The notes under the pieces: generated by a model | The model's database searches: none | What the model was told of the DNA's origin: nothing | What the model saw: the letters and a program-made list of their open reading frames with translations, nothing else | Assembly (NCBI GenBank): GCA_963798485.1 | Contig: CAWCTR010000030.1 | Location: 1 to 64,000 of the forward strand | Reading direction: 5' to 3' | DNA length: 64,000 nucleotides | Origin: an uncultured delta proteobacterium | GTDB taxonomy: Bacteria; Desulfobacterota; Desulfomonilia; UBA1062 | Shown here: positions 38,742 to 46,766 of the stretch, in pieces | How positions within the stretch are numbered: the stretch's first letter is position 1 | Layout: the number at the start of each line of letters is the position of its first letter | Program-made: the position numbers and the translations under genes

Positions 38742-41660
38742 TTACACCATTTCGATCTCATCATCTGTCAATTCATACAAAGAATAGACTAATCTGTCGA
38801 TATGGCTGTCCATCGCATCTATTTGGCGTTCGATTGCAGCTCTGTCTTCAGGTATAGAAACTTTAACAAGTCTTAATTGCATCTCCATCCTGTTATCCAC
38901 AAGAGAAGCTAAGCGAATCTCATCATTATCTGTAAAATTATGGGGGTAAGGGAACTCTCTAACGTTCTTAATAACGATTTTAGGGAAAATTTTTCTTGCT
39001 CCCTTTACTGCACGATCCTTATAGTAAAGGCTGATCATGCTGCTATTGAGCATAGCACATAAACACTTGAGCTTCGTTTTATCGTTATTCTGATGGAGGA
39101 TATTGAGAATGCTCTTATTGTTAAGATAAATACCCTCAACATACATTGCATGAAGGCAATAAGGAAGCCGACCGGTGATTTCCCGAACCAACACTCGTGG
39201 ACGACTAAATATTTCCAAATTTCGCTGTTGGGCAAGCCAAGGTCCATGTCGCATCCAAGCCCCTGACCAATTGATAAAGTAGCGAGAAACGTCCATCCCC
39301 TGCAAGTAGCGATAGGTGTCAGCATCGACCTTCTTATTAAAATCATAAACGTGATTTTTAACATCCTCAGCGCTTTGTGGAGGTGAGCCTTTACCTTTCT
39401 CATAAGCTTGAAGCCCTGTCCTAACATCAAATACGTTTCCAAGACGCTTCGAGTTCAAAACAATTCTATCTATCAATGAAGACACACTACGTGTTGATGA
39501 GAATACAATTCTATAGTCAGGAGCTGTCCACTTGCTACGGTCAATTGGCAAGTACTCATGATCAATGAATTTGGGAACGTTTTGAATACGACACACTTTA
39601 ACAGGCACTCTTCCAGTGAATGGACCCAAAACAAAGATCGATGGCTCCATAGAGACATGATCGAATGCTGGGTAGTTTAAATCGAGAATTTTGGCTAACC
39701 TAGGGATTATAAGAGGCCGGAGGAGTTTAGCACTTTCAATTGTCAACCACGAATTTGGTACTATATAGCTAGCAAAACCTTCATTCCTTATAAGAAATAA
39801 CATTCTTTCCATAAACAGCATGTAAGTATTGTGCTTCTCCCAAGATGCTTTATATCGTTCAGCAAAATAATTCCTCTCATCATCTGTCAACTTCTCTCGG
39901 GTGAAAATGTAAGGCGGATTTCCTATTACAACATCAAATCCACCAGCCGTCATGATTTCACCAAAACCATGTTTTTTATCATTCCAGTCGAAGACGTTGA
40001 CACGGTACATTTCTTCATCATCAAAAAGGTTACCTTGGCGACCACGATAGAAGTCGGGGCTAATAAGACTGTTGCCACATTTGATGTTGTCAGCAAGGTC
40101 CGGTAGAGCGCGTTTATGAAAGAGCATGAGTTGCTTTTGGATTGATTCATCACTCTCTCCTTCGAGTACTTTAAGAAGGAGGGATAGTTTGGTTACCTCA
40201 ACAGCCTGTGAGTCAATATCTAAACCATATATGTGAATAAGGAGAATTCGCTTGCGCTCTGCAGTTGTCAGCCGCCATCCTCCTCGGAAATGTTGATAAA
40301 GCTTCGGTTCTTTACCCTTTGTCCATTTTTCAGGATTCATAATGTATCGTTCAAGATACCAATCTAAAAGAAACTGATAAGCACCAAGCAGGAATGAGCC
40401 GGATCCGCAGGCTGGGTCAAGAACTGTTAACGCCTGTCGCTTCTTCGATAATTGCCATTTGTCAGTTACACCTGAGATCTCCTGTGGTGACTTGCCTTCG
40501 AGTAGTTTGCCAACAGTATTCTTGACTATATAATCCACGATATAAGCAGGTGTGTAATAGACACCACCTGCCTTACGTACTTCTGGCTTCTGTTCAATTT
40601 TGGCGTGACCGCCTTCTGTCAAACGAATAACACTACCAAGAAAGCGTTCATAAACTTGACCAAGGATTTCTGCAGGTAGAACAGAGAATTCATAGGGGCA
40701 CTCAGGGTAGTAGAGTCGCTTGAAGATGTCTTTCAGCACTTTGTCATCAATGATCAAGTGTGGTGTCAGCTTATCAGGGGGCTCATGGCGGCCTTTTTCA
40801 TCTTGGAAGTGGAAAAGACCAGAATTATAACGCTCGTCAGCCCTGATAAAAAGTTCTCGAAGGCGATCATAGACATCTTCACCATTCAGTAGAGCCTGAA
40901 GGCAGCCATATTGCTCTACACCGCGATCTTCGCAAATACGAAGAAATATAATTCGGTCGATAGAGCGTTGAACGGCGAAATTTAGTTCACGCTGTGTGAG
41001 TCCAGGATTGCGCAATGCAATATTGCGGGCCAAATGCTCCCGCCAGTCTTCTATCTCAGTCAAGAATGCATCATCAACTTCTGCAGTGCCACGTTTGTGG
41101 GTTGTTGATTGTATATATTTGTCGAAAGCTCCCTTGCGGATGGCCTCAGGCGAAAATATCGCGGCTATTTCATGCCAGCGTTCATTGTATTCATCATAGC
41201 GAATATAAAGAATTCTACCATTTGAAGATTTATCAGTAATGACAGGACGAATATGTGTGTCATATACAACGAACTCGTCGAAGTCAGTGAGGATTGAAAC
41301 AGGAAGTTTAGCAGTCAAGGCATATCTTCGTAGTTGGAAAGCTGGCGCAGGATCGTCCTTGAGATTTAAAGACGGTTTCTTTGCTTCAAGAAAGAAGATA
41401 CGCTTCCCGCCTAGCCTGAAGGAATAATCGGGGGCCTTAGTAAACCCCCCAACTTTTATCGCATCTTCATGAATTACTTCTTTCCACTGTTCAGAGTATC
41501 CTTTTTCATTGTTAATATCCCACCCTAGCGCCTTGAACATCGGATCTATAAACTCTCGTCTCACCTGTGTTTCATTGTAAGCAGGAGCTCTATATAAGTC
41601 GAGGTGAGTGGTAAACCGATCAACAAGATCAATAATGATTTGCGGCGCTGCTATTTGCAC
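38742..41660 (-). CDS. Fused type IIG restriction endonuclease / N6-adenine methyltransferase (Eco57I/TaqI-C-like)
   Basis: N-terminal PD...EAK nuclease motif, GVYYTP, LDPACGSGSFL, GNPPY, C-terminal target recognition domain. Visibly AT-richer than the flanking core genes. Confidence 0.92.
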   Translation of the reverse strand: MQIAAPQIIIDLVDRFTTHLDLYRAPAYNETQVRREFIDPMFKALGWDINNEKGYSEQWKEVIHEDAIKVGGFTKAPDYSFRLGGKRIFFLEAKKPSLNLKDDPAPAFQLRRYALTAKLPVSILTDFDEFVVYDTHIRPVITDKSSNGRILYIRYDEYNERWHEIAAIFSPEAIRKGAFDKYIQSTTHKRGTAEVDDAFLTEIEDWREHLARNIALRNPGLTQRELNFAVQRSIDRIIFLRICEDRGVEQYGCLQALLNGEDVYDRLRELFIRADERYNSGLFHFQDEKGRHEPPDKLTPHLIIDDKVLKDIFKRLYYPECPYEFSVLPAEILGQVYERFLGSVIRLTEGGHAKIEQKPEVRKAGGVYYTPAYIVDYIVKNTVGKLLEGKSPQEISGVTDKWQLSKKRQALTVLDPACGSGSFLLGAYQFLLDWYLERYIMNPEKWTKGKEPKLYQHFRGGWRLTTAERKRILLIHIYGLDIDSQAVEVTKLSLLLKVLEGESDESIQKQLMLFHKRALPDLADNIKCGNSLISPDFYRGRQGNLFDDEEMYRVNVFDWNDKKHGFGEIMTAGGFDVVIGNPPYIFTREKLTDDERNYFAERYKASWEKHNTYMLFMERMLFLIRNEGFASYIVPNSWLTIESAKLLRPLIIPRLAKILDLNYPAFDHVSMEPSIFVLGPFTGRVPVKVCRIQNVPKFIDHEYLPIDRSKWTAPDYRIVFSSTRSVSSLIDRIVLNSKRLGNVFDVRTGLQAYEKGKGSPPQSAEDVKNHVYDFNKKVDADTYRYLQGMDVSRYFINWSGAWMRHGPWLAQQRNLEIFSRPRVLVREITGRLPYCLHAMYVEGIYLNNKSILNILHQNNDKTKLKCLCAMLNSSMISLYYKDRAVKGARKIFPKIVIKNVREFPYPHNFTDNDEIRLASLVDNRMEMQLRLVKVSIPEDRAAIERQIDAMDSHIDRLVYSLYELTDDEIEMV

Positions 41661-41788
41661 TATGCTCCTCCAAAATCTGAAGATTATAAAAATAGACTAA
41701 TAATTCCTATTAGATAATCAGACCAATATAATCCAACATCATTTATCTGTATAGTTATTTAATGTAATTAAGAGTGAGAAATCGCGGC

Positions 41789-42045
41789 GAACAATTCCGG
41801 AACAATTCCGGGGACACGATACTTAATTCCGAGAACAGTAATTGGGGACGTTCACATTATACCCCTGTAAGGGGGAATTCCAGGGGAATTCCAGGGACAC
41901 AATACTTAATTCCGGAAAGAAAAACGTGTCAGGAAAGAAAAACGAAAAACGTGTCAGGTCTTGAAACTTGAATTAATTGTCAAGATTCAAGATGAAAAAA
42001 GAAAAATATATGCCCCCTTTTTGTTCAAGAATTGACCCCCTTTTT
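41789..42045. repeat. Right REP-like cluster with local micro-duplications
   Basis: 28-bp AATTCCRGGGACACRATACTTAATTCCG at 41804-41831 and 41887-41914; AAAAACGTGTCAGG twice; inverted repeat TCTTGAAACTTGA 41959-41971 / TCAAGATTCAAGA 41980-41992. Confidence 0.7.
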
Positions 42046-42050
42046 GCACA

Positions 42051-42261
42051 TCAAGCATATTTGAGTTTCCCCTTGGGTATCGGAATGGGCCTGCCTTCTT
42101 CCCTTGCCGTATTGATCCACTCTTGTAGGATGATCTCTGCATTTGGCAGCTTCCTGGTATGTCCGACCATCAGCCATACAACCCGGAAGTTCATGTACTT
42201 CTACGATGAAAGCACTGTCATCCTGACTCCAGTAGATGACGGGTTCATATTAAAGAGACTT
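42051..42261 (-). pseudogene. hicB: HicB-family antitoxin pseudogene
   Basis: YEPVIYWSQDDSAFIVEVHELPGCMADGRTYQEAA, a frameshift, then NAEIILQEWINTAREEGRPIPIPKGKLKYA*. No start codon, and an in-frame TAA at 42250-42252. Confidence 0.85.
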
Positions 42262-42332
42262 GAAAGGAATCTTGCCCGGGATATTGGGAAGAGCAAAGGT
42301 CCGGGGGTTGAGAGATAGCCCAAAAAAAATAA

Positions 42333-42369
42333 CCTTGCAAAATAGGCATGGCATGACTATAGTGCAAGG
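42333..42369 (+). promoter_or_regulatory. Sigma70 promoter bracketed by an inverted repeat; probably leaderless transcript
   Basis: TTGCAA-N17-TATAGT (42335-42363), CCTTGCA/TGCAAGG, ATG 8 nt after the -10 box, no SD. Confidence 0.65.
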
Positions 42370-42371
42370 CA

Positions 42372-43619
42372 ATGAAATATAGACCCCGAATTGCTGAAAG
42401 TAAGGTGAAGAACTTCGCGGTCAATTCTAAGGTCGTGCTTGTCACAGGGGCAAGGCAGTCCGGCAAGAGCACATTACTGAAGCATACCTTCTCCGATCAC
42501 AAAGCCATGGTTTTTGATCTTCACTCAGATCTGTATGGAGCGCGCAGAGACCCTGATCTGTTTTTAGACAGTTTTCCTGCACCAATTATCCTTGATGAAA
42601 TACAATATGCACCGGAGCTTACTTCGGCCATAAAAAGAAGGGTGGATGAAACACAGAAGAATGGTCTGTATTTCCTGACAGGCTCACAGAATCTCGGCGT
42701 GGTGAAAACAATCAGGGAGAGCATGGCTGGAAGGGTATTGATTCTGGATCTTCAACCCATGTCGTATTCCGAAGTATCAGGACTTGGAGGGAAAGGATGC
42801 TGGATTGGTGCATACCTTGAAGATCCTGCGTCACTATTATCAAAGAAAAAGGCCTCGCTTAAAAACGGAAATCTTGTGCAGCATCTCTGGAGAGGAGGGC
42901 TTCCCGGTCTTCTCGATCTAGATGATAGTCTGGTGCAGGACTATTTGAGGTCATACGTAGAAACGTATATCCTTCGTGATATCCTTACGCAGGAGAACAT
43001 TCAGGATAGAGAAAAGTTTGTAAGGTTTCTGGGATTATGCGCAGCACTGACCGCACAGGAGATTAACCATTCTCAATTCGGACGGGATGTAGGAATTTCA
43101 CCCAAAACGGTTGAGAGATGGCTGGGCTTGCTTGATAGAACGTATCAGTGGCATGAGTTGTCTCCTTATCACGGCAACACGATCAAGAGGCTAAGCGGAA
43201 AGCGCAAGGGACATTTCAACGATACCGGTCTTGTCTGCCATCTGCAACGCATATCATCCCCTGATGCCCTTCTTGTAAGCACTCTGCTTGGACCAATTTT
43301 TGAGACCTGGGTATTCAATGAAATAAAGAGACAGATGATTGGCCTGCCAAGTCAACCTAACATGTATCACTGGCGTACAACCGGAGGAGCCGAGGTTGAT
43401 ATAATCCTGGAAATCGACGGTAAATATTACCCTATCGAAGTTAAGTCCAGTTCCAATCTGTCAAGATCAGATACGAGCGGTATCCGTGCTTTCAATGAGA
43501 CATACAAAGGGAAATTAAACATAATGACTGGGTTGGTGATCTACGCAGGGCGTGAATGCTATTGGCTCAGAGATAATGTTATAGCTATCCCGTGGAATCT
43601 TATTCTAGAGAACTTATGA
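42372..43619 (+). CDS. AAA+ ATPase with C-terminal DUF4143 (PD-(D/E)xK-like) domain
   Basis: GARQSGKS, IILDEIQ, LTGSQ, RGGLP, IFETWV, EVDIILE...IEVK. Confidence 0.92.
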   Translation: MKYRPRIAESKVKNFAVNSKVVLVTGARQSGKSTLLKHTFSDHKAMVFDLHSDLYGARRDPDLFLDSFPAPIILDEIQYAPELTSAIKRRVDETQKNGLYFLTGSQNLGVVKTIRESMAGRVLILDLQPMSYSEVSGLGGKGCWIGAYLEDPASLLSKKKASLKNGNLVQHLWRGGLPGLLDLDDSLVQDYLRSYVETYILRDILTQENIQDREKFVRFLGLCAALTAQEINHSQFGRDVGISPKTVERWLGLLDRTYQWHELSPYHGNTIKRLSGKRKGHFNDTGLVCHLQRISSPDALLVSTLLGPIFETWVFNEIKRQMIGLPSQPNMYHWRTTGGAEVDIILEIDGKYYPIEVKSSSNLSRSDTSGIRAFNETYKGKLNIMTGLVIYAGRECYWLRDNVIAIPWNLILENL

Positions 43620-43695
43620 TAAACACAATAATCGAGCGGTGAGGGATCTGATAAAGGCGGGTAGGGAATATGAAAAAGAAGAATCAAGTAAAGAA

Positions 43696-46407
43696 TCATT
43701 CATCCAAAATCCCCCTGATCTTCTTCGATAATTCCGCCATGGTAAAAGGTTTCTGGATGAAACCTTTGCAGCCTTTCCGCATGATCTCCTCTGCATGGCG
43801 GTCAAGACTGTACCCGCTTGAGAGCAGCACCCTGACCGCCGGATTCATTTGTAGCAGAGCCTCAAAGGTTTCTTTCCCGCTGAGATCAGGCATGATCATG
43901 TCAAGAATAACCAGTTCAATCGTATCCCGGTCTTTTTCATAGATCTGTAAACCCTGCCTCCCGCCTTTTGCCGTTATAACCCTATAACCGAGTCCTTCAA
44001 GCATCTTGGATCCAACATCGATGATCATTTCCTCGTCATCTAAAAGGAGTATTGTCCCGTGGCCCATCTGAACTTCGTTATATGATCCGTATTCATTCTC
44101 AACCTCTTTATCCGAGGCCGGGAGATAGATCATGAAGGACGCACCGCAGTTTTTTCCACTCTCCACATTGATATACCCACCATGGTTCTTGACGATTCCA
44201 TATACGGATGCCAGACCGAGACCTGTTCCCCGTCCCCGTTCCTTTGTGGTAAAGAAAGGCTCGAAGATATGTTCTTTGGTCGCCTGGTCCATTCCAACCC
44301 CTGTATCGGTTACCTCCACTTTCACGAATTTTCCCGGGTTTACGTTGTAGGGACGCACATCCGTCTCGCCAAGCATGACATTCTCAACGGAAAGATACAG
44401 TTCACCTCCGCCCGGCATGGCCTGCCAGGCATTCACATACAGGTTGAGGAGTACCTGCTCCATCTGTCCTCGGTCTACCTCCACGGTCCAGAGTCCCTCC
44501 TGGACCTTGTGATGTATGCGAATCTCCTTCTTGGCCCGGCCGAACATCTCTGAGCTCTTTCGGATAAACTCACCGAGATGGGTGGGCTTTACCTCATACT
44601 TCCCGCCCCTTGCAAATCCAAGCAGCTGTTTCGTGAGTTCAGAGCCGCGTTGTACATATTCCTCAATATTTTTCAGTCGTTCGAGAAGAGGATTTCTTTC
44701 ATCCATATTCATGAGGACCAACGATGCATTTCCCAGAATCCCCGTAAGCAGGTTATTGAAGTCATGAGCAATACCACCTGCCAATGTTCCTATTGACTCC
44801 ATTCTCTGTGCTTGATTGAGTCTAGCCTCAAGGTCCACCCTATCCCATTCAGCCTGCTTGCGCTGGGTAATGTCCCGACAAATATAAACGCAGCCGAAAG
44901 GGGTGCCGTCTTCATTCCGCAATACATCCCCATTCACCTCGAAGGGGATTTTCCTTCCATCTTTCATTATCAGTTGATATTCTTCCGGACTCAGCTTTCT
45001 TTCCGTCATGAGAGGCATATTCTGAATCGCCAAATTTTGGTCTTCAGGAGCAATGAACATGAGAATATTCTGACCTTCTATTTCTTTTCGGCTGTAACCG
45101 CTTATATGGAGGGTAAGGTTATTTACAAAGAAGATCTTTCCATCGAGATCGGTACGGACAATAATATCAGGGATGGTATCGACCAGCCTTGTATATAATT
45201 CCTCACTCTCTCTCAGTGCCTCCTCCGCCCGCCTGCGCTCAGTGAGGTCAATAGCCACGCTTACAAGGCGTGGGACACCCAGGATCGATACAATCTCAGC
45301 GGAGAACAACATGGTATAGATCTTGCCGGACCTTGATTGAAACAGGATTTCCTCTTCAACAACCCTGCCCCCGTCCTTAAGGATCTGTCTTACCCTTTCA
45401 TGCTCTTCCCTTTTGACCCATATGCCCAGGCCCAGAGATGTGTGGCCGATAACTTCATCCCTGGTGTATTCCGATAACCTGAGAAAATAATCGCTTACCT
45501 CCACGTATCTGCCATCAGCGAAGTTTGAAATGGTAATGACGACAGGGACAAGGTGGAAGGCTGTTGAATACTTCTCTTCGGATTGTTGAAGAAGCTGGTG
45601 TGCGGTAAGCAGTTTCTGTTGAGCCTTCAGGAGCTCTATATTGGCTTCTTCCTTTTTATCGATTGTGGATTTGATCTCCTTGTTGATTTTCTCAAGTTCT
45701 TCATTCTGCCGGCGTATGGTTTCTTCAGCCAGTTTACGCTCGGTGACTTCTTTCTGAAGGGATACATTTGTTGCCAGCAGAACCTCGCTTTCTCGTGAGA
45801 GTTTCTCCCGCAGATCCCGTTGGTGGGAAAATGATGTGTTGAGCCTTGATAAAAGTAAGCTCACGGGTATACTTGCAACGAGGGAAACGAGAGAAATATT
45901 GACAACATAAATGATCCACTTCCCTACGGGTTCCCTATAAACCGTGACCCAGGAATGCAGGTTCGGCCCTATGAACCAGTACAGAATTATGAGGAGTGCC
46001 GCATTAATCCCTATGGAAGTTAAGGCTGCCGGCACTCCGAATAAGAGCGCAGCAGTGACTGCACAAAAAACAAGCCAGCTGGGACGTGCATAGAACGGGC
46101 CTAGGGATATATAAAATGAGAGAACCATTATATAAAGAAACGAAAAGAACAATATTCCCCGGGCAAGTGGATTTCTGATATAAAATAAGACAAGCAGGAA
46201 AATACATACCCCTATTTCTAGGGCGATGATCCCGAAATTCTTCTCGGAAATATAAGTGGGAAGAGTTGCCACAAGGGGGAAAGGGAGGAGGAGCAGAGAC
46301 AGGAACAGCATGAGGTCGAAATAATAGTTCCTCCATCCCGCTAAATCGGAGAATTCATCTATTCCTTTTTTATACCAGAGTCTCTCAATCCAGGCCTCTA
46401 ACCTCAT
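43696..46407 (-). CDS. Membrane-bound hybrid sensor kinase (multi-TM, two PAS, HisKA, HATPase, receiver)
   Basis: About six TM helices, AHDFNN, FFTTK...GTGLGL, receiver motifs LLDDE, DMIMP, KPF. Confidence 0.93.
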   Translation of the reverse strand: MRLEAWIERLWYKKGIDEFSDLAGWRNYYFDLMLFLSLLLLPFPLVATLPTYISEKNFGIIALEIGVCIFLLVLFYIRNPLARGILFFSFLYIMVLSFYISLGPFYARPSWLVFCAVTAALLFGVPAALTSIGINAALLIILYWFIGPNLHSWVTVYREPVGKWIIYVVNISLVSLVASIPVSLLLSRLNTSFSHQRDLREKLSRESEVLLATNVSLQKEVTERKLAEETIRRQNEELEKINKEIKSTIDKKEEANIELLKAQQKLLTAHQLLQQSEEKYSTAFHLVPVVITISNFADGRYVEVSDYFLRLSEYTRDEVIGHTSLGLGIWVKREEHERVRQILKDGGRVVEEEILFQSRSGKIYTMLFSAEIVSILGVPRLVSVAIDLTERRRAEEALRESEELYTRLVDTIPDIIVRTDLDGKIFFVNNLTLHISGYSRKEIEGQNILMFIAPEDQNLAIQNMPLMTERKLSPEEYQLIMKDGRKIPFEVNGDVLRNEDGTPFGCVYICRDITQRKQAEWDRVDLEARLNQAQRMESIGTLAGGIAHDFNNLLTGILGNASLVLMNMDERNPLLERLKNIEEYVQRGSELTKQLLGFARGGKYEVKPTHLGEFIRKSSEMFGRAKKEIRIHHKVQEGLWTVEVDRGQMEQVLLNLYVNAWQAMPGGGELYLSVENVMLGETDVRPYNVNPGKFVKVEVTDTGVGMDQATKEHIFEPFFTTKERGRGTGLGLASVYGIVKNHGGYINVESGKNCGASFMIYLPASDKEVENEYGSYNEVQMGHGTILLLDDEEMIIDVGSKMLEGLGYRVITAKGGRQGLQIYEKDRDTIELVILDMIMPDLSGKETFEALLQMNPAVRVLLSSGYSLDRHAEEIMRKGCKGFIQKPFTMAELSKKIRGILDE

Positions 46408-46441
46408 ATCTCCCCCAAGGGATACCTCCTTTTCTTTTGTT

Positions 46442-46470
46442 AAAAAAAGGAGGGCTATTGCAGCCCTCCC
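46442..46470 (-). terminator. Rho-independent terminator upstream of the kinase start
   Basis: Minus strand GGAGGGCT-GCAAT-AGCCCTCC-TTTTTTT. Confidence 0.85.
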
Positions 46471-46521
46471 ATGAGGAGGTTATTCGTGATGTGAGTTTAG
46501 GAGGTTCCATTCCTGATGTTG
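46442..46521 (-). ncRNA. Candidate sigma54-dependent sRNA or terminated leader (~80 nt)
   Basis: Lies between the sigma54 promoter and the terminator; contains two AACCTCCT anti-SD motifs. Confidence 0.6.
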
Positions 46522-46531
46522 TAAACAAACC

Positions 46532-46548
46532 TGCACAACACGTGCCAG
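46532..46548 (-). promoter_or_regulatory. Sigma54 (-24/-12) promoter
   Basis: CTGGCACGTGTTGTGCA on the minus strand, close to the TGGCAC-N5-TTGCA consensus, with an AT-rich region upstream. Confidence 0.8.
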
Positions 46549-46671
46549 GGAAAAGCATTGTGATATCAAACAGATTTTAGGCGTGATTGTTGTAATTTAG
46601 CCACATATGGTCATATAAAAGATAATATCACATAGTAATTGCACACATAATATGTGAAACGAGGTGTGAAT

Positions 46672-46761
46672 ATGGCAAACATTACGCTTTCTCTGGATGA
46701 CGAGTTGATAAAAGCGGGCAGGGAATATGCTAAGAAGAATCAGGGCACCTCTCTGAAATGA
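46672..46761 (+). pseudogene. Truncated ribbon-helix-helix antitoxin (CopG/DUF6364-like)
   Basis: SD GAGGTG, MANITLSLDDELIKAGREYAKKNQGTSLK*, stops before RHH helix B. Upstream palindrome CACATA-A-TATGTG at 46644-46656. Confidence 0.7.
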
Positions 46762-46766
46762 GACTC

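Noticed and set aside
41789-41960. Possible mini CRISPR array
   Set aside because: Only two 28-bp copies, the spacer is itself made of repeat motifs, and there are no cas genes in the window.
41774-42318. Plus-strand ORFs of 65 aa and 113 aa
   Set aside because: They run through the REP-like repeats and antisense to the hicB pseudogene.
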